64,000 nt of DNA, taken from assembly GCF_004010195.1 (NCBI RefSeq), contig NC_057746.1:26742070-26806069 (forward strand). The letters run 5' to 3'. The notes under the pieces are model-generated. The model searched no databases and was not told where the DNA came from. It worked only from the letters and a program-made list of their open reading frames with translations. Below, in pieces: positions 48,190 to 60,127 of this stretch. Source of the DNA: Chiloscyllium plagiosum (Eukaryota). The translations under genes and the position numbers were made by a program. The number at the start of each line of letters is the position of its first letter. Within the stretch, counting starts at the first letter, position 1.

Positions 48190-48505
48190 ATGATGTGTTC
48201 AAATTCCACCATGGCAGGTAGTCAGCTTTGATTTCTAAAAGCAAATCTGGTTCACTTATGTCCTTTGGGGAAGGTAATCTGCCTGGTCTGGTCTGCATAT
48301 GACTCCAGGTTCTGGATCAATGGTGCTGGAAGAGCACAGCAGTTCAGGCAGCATCCGAGGAACTTCAGCAAAATCAACTTCGGGCAAAATATGACTCCAG
48401 GTGCATAGCAATGAGGGAGACTTTTAACTGGCTTCTAAACAAACATAGATGGGCAAGGCATTCTGACCTAGTCAGCGATACCAACACTCAATGAACAAAT
48501 AAATA
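48190..48505 (+). mobile_element. SacSINE1-like shark SINE remnant with nested PLE fragment
   Basis: gttcaaattccaccatggcag..ctggttcact.atgtcctt..ggaagg.aatctgcc; related minus copies near 33420-33690 and 51080-51300. Family name from recall. Confidence 0.55.
48311..48388 (-). mobile_element. 78-bp PLE-terminus insertion
   Basis: 14-bp TSD atatgactccaggt (48297-48310, 48389-48402); matches the 59159 terminus family. Confidence 0.8.
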
Positions 48506-49399
48506 TCAAAACCAGCAAAAGCAAGATCTTTTGTCTGTTTGTAGTTAGGAAATCGTGGACCAATGACAGGGAGAATAGTGCAGGATAGTGTGAGGACAGA
48601 AATTACTTGTGGGATACACAATGTATAGTGTAAGATTTCAAACAATTGAAATTTGTATTTGGTTGAAATTAGAAAGCCAGAAATGCAGAGGGGAGAAATA
48701 GAGCACCTGAGTGTAAAAAAAATATTTTGAGCGTTTGAATAGGTGATGAAGAAAGTCAGGTTGGTGGAAGATGCCAGCTCTGAGGTGGAAGGAAGTGCGA
48801 GAATTAAGCAGATAGTACTGTATGCAGATGAACTGCTGCCAACGTATGATACCTTGAGAAGGTTTGGGACGACTGGAGACCGTGAAGAATATTTTGAGAC
48901 ATGACATGAGATTCTGTGCCGGCTATTACACAAGCGATTAATATTTAAGATCAGGAAACAATGCATGTTGACGGTAATACTTAACAGTTTAGACTAATCA
49001 CATTAATAATTAATATATTGATTCTGAATAAAGTGAAATTGTGGCTCAATTTGATAAGACCATTCAATATGAAAAAAAAATACAAATTGCATTCAACTAC
49101 ATGGATCAAAATGACTCCGGGGAAATTTATCCTTCAGATAAGCATAAAATATGCAGAAAAAAAGAGATTCTCTGTTCAAATGCTTATGATTTTCAGATTG
49201 TGGAAACAATGCCTTAATTTGTGAGAAGGAGCTTCTCTAGCACTGAAAATCCTTTTTCATGAGTTGAAACTAAATCCTTCAGAGTTTAAATTTGTTGAAT
49301 AAATTTCAGAAAGTTGTTCTTCACTCTTTTATCGCCAATTTGTCTCAATTCCATCATTTTCCCCTTTCTGTTTTATTTTCTGTATCTGTTTTGGGTTCC

Positions 49400-51050
49400 C
49401 CAGATCCTCTGAAGTATTACGATGCAAAAGGAGGCCATTCGGCCTATCCACTCTGCAGTGGTTCATCATGTTTCAGAGACGTTCTCACTGCTCCCTGCAC
49501 CGCCACTGCTTTGCACATTGTTTATATTTAATTAATCATCTTTTGTCAAAGCCACAATTGAATTTGCTCCAAACATACTTACAGACAGTGCGTTTCAAAA
49601 CCATTCATTTTGTGTTTTATTTTTCTCTTCCAACACATTTGCTGTTTTTGCAACTCACTGCAAATGCGTGCCCTCTCATTCTTCATCAATTTGCAAGTGG
49701 AAACAGTTTTTGTATGTTTACTCTATGCAGACTCCTATGATTTTGAAAAATTCTACCAAATCTCCTCCCAGTCTTCCGTCTCAGTATTACATTCCTGTTC
49801 TTGAATTCTATACCACTATTAATAATACCGAAAATGCAGTATGCTTTACTAACTGCTCTCCAACTGTACTGCCACTTTCAATGATCTATGCACAAATACA
49901 ACCAGGTCGCTCTGGCCCCCCTCCCTGTTTACAATTGTACTCCTTATTTCATATTCTCTGTCCGTGTTCTTCCTGCAAAATACATGACCTGACAGTATTT
50001 TGCATTGAACTTCATTTGCTAGCTATGCCTAAGCCACCAAATTGTGTGTGTTGCTTTAAAGTGCTATACTCTGCTCCTAACAGTTTACAATGCTTCCAAT
50101 GTCTGCATAGCTCAAAAGAGTTGAAAATGTCATCTGCAGATCAATATCCAGATCATTAATATATATTAGGGAAATGAAAAAGTTACCTTATAATGAGGTT
50201 TAGGAAATACTGCCTTCATCCAACCCAAACTATATCACTTGACTATTGCTTTCTTTTACTTATCATTCAGCGCATATGTTCACATTGCTACTGACTCTGT
50301 TGTCCATGAGCTATAACTTCTTCAAAAGTTTTTTATTTGTGTCTGATAAGAAGTGAAAAGCCTTCTAAAATCCATACTTGCAACACCAACAGCATTATTC
50401 TCATTAACCTATACTATTATCTATTCGATTAAAAAAACAGCTCTGGTGTTACTTAAACACGATTTCCCCTTCAGAACTCAATTCTGATTCTTCAACTCAA
50501 TCCTTCTTTTTACATGTGTCTACTAATTGTATCCAGAACAATTGTTTCTCGGAGCTTTTCCACCACGGAATTTAAACTGACTGGTCTTCAATTGCTGGAC
50601 CTATCCCTAGATCATTTTACAATCATCATCACCAGGATAAGTAGAATATAAGTACATGTTCAAGAAAAATGCAAATTTTCATTTAACAGCTCAGTTGTGT
50701 CCTGACTTCATGTGCAAATTCTATTTTTTGTCCCTGATCAGTCCTACTCCTCCTTTTGCAACTTTTAAAAAAAATTATGTGTCTGCAGAAGATTTTCGGA
50801 TTCTTCGCATATTGACTACCAATCTATTCTCATTTTTTTCCTCCTTCTTTCTCTTTCATGCTTTTTCACCTCTCTTTGTACCAATTGTATTCGTCTTGAT
50901 TCTCAGTTGTTTACTCTGCCTGACTCGTGTCATAAGCACCCATTTTATTCTTTATCTGAATTTCCATCTTCTTTTATATCTAATAACGTTGGATTTGTTT
51001 GTCCTCCGTTTCTGGATTACTGGAATATATCTTAAAAGTTTCTGAGCCAT
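49400..51050 (-). mobile_element. Old CR1 remnant
   Basis: CR1-type 3' end (aggaggccattcggcc) and decayed RT-like segments. Confidence 0.55.
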
Positions 51051-52600
51051 TTATGAACGCTTGCAACTTGCTACCTCGTAAATCAACAGGGCGGGTAGAC
51101 CAGGTTAGGACAGAAGTTTTCCTGCTCTAAAGCGCATTAGTGAACCAGAAGGATTTTTTTTTGGAAAATTGATAATTGTTTGCTGGTCATCACTAGCCTT
51201 TTAATTTCAGGTGTTTTATTTAACATAAATTCTAATCGCTACATTGGGATTTGAACCTCGGACCCCAAAACACAATGTTTCCATTCATGGGTTATTAGGC
51301 AAGCAACTCCCACCTTCCAAGGCCTCCCTGCGGCTTCCTCTTGCGTAGAGATTCTGAGACATCCTTTTCTCTCCGGATCTGCAATGCATTCCACAATAAA
51401 TACTGCCATCCTACTGCTTTTCTACACACCTTGTGCCCAGTAATATTTAACACATGGATTGCCTATCTTTCAGCCAATATCCCGTTATTACCACATCATA
51501 TTTGTGCATTGCAATCTGCAGCTACCACTCTTCAACGTTATTACCAATATTGTGTGCATTCTTATACACACAGAAAAAATCTCATCGAGCCTTAATTACT
51601 TTTCTGCCTTATTCTGAATTCACGTTTTAATCTGCCTTTCCTGTTATTCTTCTCTTATGCTCTCTTTTAGATTCCGTTCACCTACCAAATTAACAACAGC
51701 AAAACACAGTGCGAGGAAGTAAATATCAGCTCTGATCTTGTGCAACCTCTATCTTGTGTACGTAACATCGTTCGCCGGGGATAATCCCTTTGTTTCTGGT
51801 ATCTGAAATGTTTCCTTCTGCACAATTATGGCAACCTGCTTACTAATTTTCTATTTACTCTCTAATTCCTGATTGCAGTAACACAACCACCTTCCTAGCC
51901 ATATCATTAGTATCAATGTAGAACACGACCTTTATGCATTTGAGCTTTTCTGCATCCAGTTTACGACATCCTTAACTGTGCTACTGGGTAGTCAGCTTTC
52001 CATCCGGGAGTCATTTCTACGGCCTTAGAAATGCCTGTCTGTTCCATTCAGTAGTGAATTGCTCCTACTTTCTTCTTCCCATATCCCTATACCCACCAAT
52101 ACTCATCTGCCACCACTCCTATACAGCTGACCGCTTAGTAGTTCCATAAACAACCTCTGACTGCATTCCGTTGGGGAACAAGTGACGTCATCAATTTCCA
52201 AAATAGTGAAAAACACAATTAGCAGGACTGATATAAGGGTACTCCTGCACCACCTGCTTGTTTCTCCGGAATTGCCTGTGGGTCACCCATCTCCTTTCTG
52301 TCTCTACGTGTTTTAGCTACAGTGTGACCACCCCGCTGAATGTGCTACCAAGCTCACAGGCTCACAAAACTCAGACTCTCAGAAGAACCACATTAACTCC
52401 AACCACTCCAATTCTGACAACTGGAGGTTAAAGTTTCTGCAGCTGGTAGAACTTCCTGCACATTTGCTCATCTAAGACATTCTTAGAGGTCATGATTTCC
52501 CAAATATTACTGACCACACACTCCACTTATCTAACCTTTGTCACCATATATAAACTTTGCTTCCTTTTGTTGACTGCATTCTGTTTAGACTATAAGTTTA

Positions 52601-52700
52601 TACTCCACAACCACCTGATAAAGGAACAGCACTCCGAAAGCTAGTGCTTCCAAATAAACCTGTTGGACTGTAACCTAGTGTTTTGTGATTTTTTTCACTG
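52601..52700 (+). mobile_element. Short PLE-type terminus (third family) with hammerhead-like core
   Basis: cacCTGATAAAGGAacagcacTCCGAAAGCTA|gtg followed by AATAAA. Confidence 0.55.
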
Positions 52701-53034
52701 AGGTGAAGTCGTGATCTTCATGATCACACACTTTAAAAATCCCTTCCTTATATAGAGTTGTCATTAACGACTTGATAACTGAGCTCTTTTCTGGTATAAA
52801 TAAAACCTTCTGCAGGCTAGAGATTTCAGATTATTGAAATTGCACTGCTACTGTCAAGCAGCTGTCTGTTTAAATAAGTTATCTTTACTTACATAAAGGC
52901 TGTTAATTCAAGGTCAGAATCTTGTTTTTACTGTAAAATTGAAAGGACGTATGATTTCAAAGCCCTCTTTAAGCCAAATTTCCAGATATAACTCTCTGCT
53001 ACCTCAGTCAAGCTAAATCTCATTCACAGTGGTC

Positions 53035-53085
53035 ATACACCTTTACTGAACTGTATTATACACCTTTACTGAACTGTATTATACA
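53035..53085. repeat. Perfect 23-bp tandem duplication
   Basis: atacacctttactgaactgtatt x2 plus ataca. Confidence 0.9.
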
Positions 53086-53109
53086 TTACTGTTTCCTACT
53101 CTGACATCT

Positions 53110-53660
53110 GTAGTACTATGCAGTTTTGATCACTTTACTTAAGGAAGGACCTTAAAATGTTGGAAGCAGTTCAGAGAAGAATTATTAGATGGATACCTGA
53201 AATAACTATGTCTTCTTATAGGAAAGTTTGTACAGCCTCGTGTTGCATCCCCTGAAGTTTTAAATGCGATGAAGTGACTTGATTGAAACATATATGACCT
53301 TGAAGGTTCTTGACAGGATAAGTGTTGAGAGGATGCTTTGTCTTAAGGAAGAAACAGAGATTAGGTATCTCCTGCGAAAAAATCATGTTGTCCATTTAAA
53401 ACATAAACAAGGTTTTTTTTTCTCTATTATGAGACTTATGATCTCTCCTCTTGAAAGGTATGTGGAAGAAGCATTCTTCCGTTTTCATTTAAGGCAGAGA
53501 TGGATAGATTGTTGTTAACCCTAGGGGTAAAGGGTTATCAGTGGTGAAAAGGAACTTGGATATTAGGTTATAGTGAGATCATCCATGAACCTGTTGAATG
53601 GCAGAGAAATCTCGACGACCTGAATGGCCTCCACCTGCTCCTAATTTGCATGTGTACATA
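53110..53660 (+). mobile_element. Old CR1 3' fragment
   Basis: LEAVQRR, DLIETY; tgaatggcct..cctgctcctaat tail. Confidence 0.7.
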
Positions 53661-54384
53661 TTGTATATATTCATGTTCCAGTTTCTTTCAGTCTCAGAAA
53701 AAAAATGAACAGTTTGATTGATTAAATACACGCCCATCTGACTTCCTTATTTACGGCAGTCCAGTAATGTGCGCTGAACTGACGAACCACAGAGTATGGA
53801 CTTATTTAAAGGATTGGTGCCGGATAGATATATATTCACCTCATTTGCAGAGGAACTTTTCATAGAATAGCTCCACCATATCTTTCACGCTGTAATTTGA
53901 ATAATAGATTGAATTTTAGTCCTTTCAAATTCTAAGATCTGCAAACTCTAATGCAAAGCTCCAGGATGACTATGGCTGAGCGTAAGTACAATTCCAGTTA
54001 ATAGCGTCGGGCTCCACAATCTCTAGCATTAAATTAAAGTTTAAGCCATAACATACAATTACTTTTTTTTAACATTGCAAATCAACAACATGACTTAAGT
54101 CTAAGTATTCAGGTGACGGTTTAATGTTACACTAAATGGATTACATTGAGATTTTCTTTACAACTAACAATGTTGAGGGAATACAATTGGCCTTGAAACA
54201 CTTAATTGCTGATTTTTAAATTTTGTACGTGGGCTTGTTATGTATATCAGATTATTGAGTCACTTGGTTGAAGTAGCAGATGAAAAATAAGCGGTCAATT
54301 CTGTTCAGAGAATAGATTGATCGATTTGTAAGAAAAAGGGAATGTCATTATAGCCCCAGACCACTGCACTCTCATCAGAGAGAA

Positions 54385-55757
54385 TTGCAGTGAGTCTGAC
54401 ATTAATGGTGGACAAACTATTGGAGGGAATCCAGAGGGATAGGATTTACATGTAGTTGGAAAGGCAAGGACTGATTAGGGATAGTCAAACGGCTTTGTGG
54501 GTGGGAAATCAGGTCTTACTAACTTCATTGAAGTTTTTGAAGAAGTAGCAAAAAGGATTGAAGAGGGCAGAGCAGTGGACGTGATCTCTATGGACTTCAG
54601 TAAGGCATTCGGCAAGGTTCCCCATGGTAGGCATGTTAGCAAGTTTAGATAACATGGAACATAAGGAGGACTAACCATTTGGATACAGAAACTGACTCGA
54701 AGGTGGAAGACAGAGAGTGGCGATGAAGGGTTGCCTATCAGACTGGAGGGATGTAACCAGTGGTGTGCCACAAGTACCTGTACTGGGTCCACTACTATTT
54801 GTCATTTATATAAATGATTGAATGCGAACATAGGAGGTCAAGTTAATAATGTTTCAGGTGAACCAAAATTGGAGGTGTAGTGGACAGTGAAGAAGGTTAC
54901 CTTGGGATCTTTATCCGATGGGTCAATGTGCTGAAGAGTGGCAGATGGAGTTTTTTTAGATAAATGCGAGATGCTGCATTTTGGTACGGCAAATCAGGAC
55001 TTAATGTATAGATTTAACGGTAAGGTCATAGGGACTGTTGCTGAACAAACAAACTTTGGAGTGCAAGTTCATAGTTCCTTGAAAGTGGAGTCGCAGGTAG
55101 ATAGGATAGTGAAGAAGGTGTTTGGTATGCTTTCCTTTATTGGTCAGTTCATTGAGTATAGGAGTTGTGAGGTCATGTTGCAGCTGTACAAGACATTGGC
55201 TAGGCCACTTTTGGAATATTTTCTGCGATTCTGGTCTCCCTCTTTCCGGAAGGATGTTGTGTAACTTGAAAGAGTTCAGAAAAGACTTACAAGGATGTTG
55301 CCAGGATTGGAAGGTCTGAGCAGTAGGGAGAGGCTGAATAGACTGGGGCTGTTTTCCCTAGAGCATTGGAGACTGAGGGGTGACCTTATAGTGGTTTATA
55401 AAATTATGAGGGGTATGGATAAGATACACTGACAAGGTATCTTCCCTGGGGTGGGAGAGTCCAGAACTAGAGGTCATATGTTTATGGTGAGCGATGAGAT
55501 GTTTATAAGGTTCTAAGATGCAACCTTTTCACACAGAGTGTGATGCATGTCTGGAATGAGCTGCCAGAGGAAGTGGTGGAGGCTGGCACAATTAAAACAT
55601 TTCAAAGGCATCTGGATGGGTATATGAATGGGAAGAGTTTAGAGGGAAAGAACCAAGTGCTGGCAAATCAGACTAGATTAGGTTACGATATCTGGTCAGC
55701 ATGCATGAATTGGATAGAATGGTGTGTTTCATGCTGTAAATCTCTATGACTCTATGA
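54385..55757 (+). mobile_element. CR1 LINE RT/3' region
   Basis: MDFSKAF, SGVPQ, LQLYKTLARPLLEY, WNELPEEVV; (CTCTATGA)n tail; splits a minus-strand SINE. Confidence 0.92.
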
Positions 55758-55898
55758 CTGGTGGTAAGTTTAACATTAAGGTCTTCAGGCCTCAGGCGAG
55801 GGGTGAGGTTGAAAAGGAGGGACATTCGTGGTTAACTCAGCCATTAAACCCACGCTATTAGCGTTGCTCTGCACAGTGAATGATACGTTCAGTTTTCA

Positions 55899-56095
55899 GT
55901 TAGCTCAGCTGGCTGGATGGCAGGTGTGCAATGCAGAGTGTCGTCAAGAGCACATGGGCAATTCTCATACTAGCTGGGCTCACCATAAAAGTGCAGGTTT
56001 ATTGACCGAACCATTTTCCTGAGGTGCGGTTGTCCTCAAGTTGAACTGATAACTATTTGTCTCTCTCTATGCAGGAGTAGGACTTTGGGGATTAC
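55899..56095 (+). mobile_element. tRNA-derived SINE (family of 17066)
   Basis: gttagctcagctggctggatggc head and cctgaggtg.ggt..cctcaagttgaac body. Confidence 0.55.
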
Positions 56096-56927
56096 TGTAT
56101 TGCAGACTGAAGTACAGGGTGAAATCCGTTTCTGTGTCTGAACAAGAGGTACAACATGAAACGATTATTCATTTTGTACTGACTAGACTTCCCTAAAATA
56201 TAGTTTTACTACCTTTTTAACATCTTCTTGAAGCTAATTAAAATAAAACAAAACTGTAGAGGGGAACTTTCATTTGTGCAGGGTAAGATCGACATTGCAA
56301 AACTCCATTTGTAACGCAATGTGCTTTAATTATTTAATTAATTTACATGGCAAGTCAAATGATGTGGTATACTGGGTGATGTAAAATATTTCTGTTGCCA
56401 TATGACGTGAGTTGCACCTTGGTTTGAAAAACAACACTTGGTTGAAAAACAACGCTTAATTCAATGGGGAATATTAACAATTGGAAAGATAATATCAGGA
56501 TAATACGTTTGGTTGAGAATGGCTGTACCTCTGTGTACTGCTTCATCAAAAATATGCATGATAAAGGCTGAAGAGCGTGTTGAAATATTTTTAATTATTA
56601 AATTGGTTAAGGTGACAGATAAATGTATTGTTTGTGCAAAATTGTTCTTTGGCTTAACATGACAAAATTATCACTCAGATTCAGAAGCATTGTTTTAGAT
56701 ATGCAGAGGAAGAATCTACTTCGAATTCATTTAATATTATTTCAGTTGTTAATATTTACAGCTGTTTAAAAAGCAAAAAAAAAAAGTGTTTCTTGTCATT
56801 CAGGAAGGAAACAATAATTAAACGCATTTGGCATCATAATGGTTGCAGCCCTGAATTGTTGGTCTGTATATTCATACAAAGAGAATTGGTTTAATGAGAG
56901 ATCTGAATTGCAATGATTATCAAACTT

Positions 56928-57197
56928 TCATAGAACATAAGAACTAGGAGCAGGAGTAGGCCATCTGATCCTTTGAGCCTGCTCCACCATTCAATAAGAT
57001 CATGGCTGATCATATTGTGACCTCAGCTCCACTTACCCTCCCTCTCACTGTTCACATATATATGCTATAAAAGCATTTACTGAAGTTGTGTCAACTACTT
57101 CACTGGGCAGAGAATTCCATAGATTCGTAACCCTCTGGGTGAAGAGATTTTTTTCTCAGTTCAGTCCTAAATCTGTTCCCCCTAATTTTTAGGCTAT
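56928..57197 (-). mobile_element. CR1 3' end
   Basis: catagaacataagaactaggagcaggagtaggcc tail; related to 59713-60127. Confidence 0.8.
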
Positions 57198-59257
57198 GAA
57201 TCATATCGTCATGGAAATGTACGGCACATAAACAAACCCTTTGGTCCAACTCGTCCATGCTGACCAGATATCCCAATCCAATCTAGTCGCACTTGCCAGC
57301 ACCTGGCCCATATCCTTCCAAACCCTTTCTGTTCATATACTGATCCAGATGCTTTTTAAATGTTACAATTGTACTAGCCTCCACCACTTCCTCTGGCAGC
57401 TCATTCCATGTAAATACCACCCTCTGCGTGAAAATGTTGCCCCTTAGGTCTCTTTTATGTCTTTCCCCTCTCACCCTAAACCTTTGCCCTCTAGTTCTGG
57501 ACTCCCCCACCCCAGGGAAGAGATTTATCCTATCCATGCCCCTCATGATTTTATAAACCTCTATAACAGCCCTAGCCTATTCAACCTCTCCCTATAGCTA
57601 AAATCTTCCAACCCTGGCAACATCCTTGTAAATCTTTTCTGAACCCTTTCAGGTTTTGGAACATCCTTCTGATAGGAAGGAGACCAGAATTGCGTGCAAT
57701 ATTTCTAAAGTGGCCTAACCCAATGTCCTGTACAGCCGCAACATGACCTCCCAACTCCTGTACTCAATACTCTGACCAATAAAGTAAAGTGTACCAAACG
57801 TCTTCTTCACTATCCTATCTATCTGTGACTCTACTTTCAAGGAGCTATGAACCTGCGCTCCATGGTCTCTTTGTTCAGCAACACTCCCTAGGAACTTACC
57901 ATTAAATGTATAAGTCCTGCTAAGCTTTGCTTTCCCAAAATTCAGCACCTCATGTTATTTAAATTAAACTCAATCTGCCAATCCTCAACCCATTGCCCCA
58001 TCTGATCAACATCCCGTTCTAATCTTAAGTAACCTTCTTACCTGTCCACTATACCTCCAGGTTTGGTGCCATCTGCAAACTTACTAAGTATACATCTTCT
58101 GCTCCCATCCAAATCATTTATATATATGACAAAAAGTAGTGGACCCAGCACCGATCCTTGTGGCACTCCACTGGTCACAGGCCTCCAGTCTCAAAACCAG
58201 CTCTCCACCAACCCTCTCTGTCTTCTATCTTTGAACCAGTTCTTTAACCAAATGGCTAGTTCTCCTCGTATTCCATCTAAACTTGCTAACCAGTCTCCCA
58301 TGGTGAACCTTGTCAAACGCCTTACTGAAGTCCATATACATGACCTCCACCGCTCTGCCCTCATCAATCCACTTCGTGAATTCTTCAAAAAACTCAATCA
58401 AGATGATGTGACCTGATTTCCCATGCACAAAGCTATGTTGACTATCCCTAATTGGTCCTCGTCTTTACAAATACATGTACATCCTGTCACTCAGGACTTC
58501 TTCCAACAATTTGCCCACCACCAACGTCAGGCTCACTGGTCTTTAGTTCCCTGCGTTATCCTTACCACTCTTCTGAAACAGTGGCACCACATTAGCCAAC
58601 CTTCAGGCTTCCAGCACCTCACCTGTGACTACCAATGCTACAAATAACTCAGCCAGGGCCCCAGCAGTTACTTCCCTTACTTCCCACAGAGTTCTAGAGC
58701 ACACCTGATCAGGTCCTGGGGATTTATTCACTTTAATGTATTTCAAGACATCCAGCACTTCCTCCTCTGTAATATGGGCATTTTTCAAGATGTCTCCATC
58801 TGTTTCTCTACATTCTATATCTTCCATGACCTTTACCACAGTAAACACTGATGCAAAATGCTCGTTTAGTATCTCCCCCATCTCTTGTGAATCCACACAA
58901 AGACTCTCTTGCTGATCTTTGAGGGGCCCGATTCTCTCCCTCGTTAACCTTTTGTCTTTAATGTATTTGTAAAAACACTTTGGATCCTCCTTAACTCTAT
59001 TTGACAAAGCCATCTCATGCCGCCTTTTTGCCCTCCAGATTTCCCTCTTCAGTATACATGCACTGCCCTTATGCTCTTCTAAGCATTCGTTCGATCTATC
59101 TTTTCTATATTTGATTTATGCTTCCTTCTTTTTCTTAACCGAACTCTCAATTTCTTTAAGGTAAAATCAATGACTGCAGATGCTGGAAACCAGATTCTGG
59201 ATCAGTGGTGCTGGAAGAGCACAGTAATTCAGGCAGCATCCGACGAGCAGCAAAATC

Positions 59258-59285
59258 GACGTTTCGGGCAAAAGCCCTTCATCAG
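59258..59285 (-). ncRNA. Minimal hammerhead ribozyme core (intact)
   Basis: CUGAUGA-A-GGGC-UUUU-GCCC-GAAA-CGUC. Confidence 0.7.
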
Positions 59286-59414
59286 GAATAAAGCTTTTTT
59301 TTTCTGTGTGATCTGGGAGATAATGGTTTGGTGATGGGGGGTGGGGTCATGGTCGAGGGGGCAATAGGAAGAGGTGTCCTCGAATTGGCATTTGGCTTCA
59401 GCGGTGTAAAGGTC

Positions 59415-59504
59415 NNNNNNNNNNNNNNNNNNNNNNNNNNNNNNNNNNNNNNNNNNNNNNNNNNNNNNNNNNNNNNNNNNNNNNNNNNNNNNNNNNNNNN
59501 NNNN
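59415..59504. other. Assembly gap (90 N)
   Basis: Run of N. Confidence 0.99.
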
Positions 59505-59712
59505 CCCAAGCAGTTCCAGAGGCTGGGGGAATCTACTGGAATGTTTGAGGAGTGCTGGTTATGGAGGTGGGTAGATAAACGTTTGTTGTACTTACAGTTT
59601 TTGATATTTGAGATGGAGTTGAAATACTGTTTGTTGAGAGTATGGATTCTCCTGAGGATGTAGTACAGAGTGGGTCCTTTGCAATTCTGAGAGAGTGTGG
59701 CCATTATATTCA

Positions 59713-60127
59713 TTGGAATTTAGAAGAATGAGGGGGGAATCTTCTAGAAACATATAAAATTATGAAGGGAACAGATAAATTAGAAGTAAAGAGGATGTTT
59801 CCATTGGCAGGTGAAACTAGGAGAAGAGGGCATAGCCTCAAAATTACAGGGAGCGGATTTAGGACTGAATTGAGAAGGAACTTCTTCACCCAGAGGGTTG
59901 TGAATCTATGGAATTCCCTGCCCAGTGAAGTAGTTGAGGCTTCCTCAGCAAATGTTTTTAAAGTTAAAATCGATACGTTTTTGAACAGTAAATGAATTAA
60001 TGGTTATACTGAGAGGGTAGGTAAGTGGAGCTGAGGCCATCAAGAGATCAGCCATGATCTTATTGAATGATGGAGCAGGCACAAAAGGGCCAGATGGCCG
60101 ACTCCTGCTCCTGGTTCTTATGTTCAC
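59713..60127 (+). mobile_element. CR1 3' end nested inside the PLE composite
   Basis: RGHSLKI..FFTQRVVNLWNSLP; ctcctgctcctggttcttatgttc tail. Confidence 0.88.

Noticed and set aside
48472-51045. Longer ORFs 48472-48966, 49668-50159 and 50656-51045
   Set aside because: No recognisable domain; the latter two are antisense frames of a decayed CR1.
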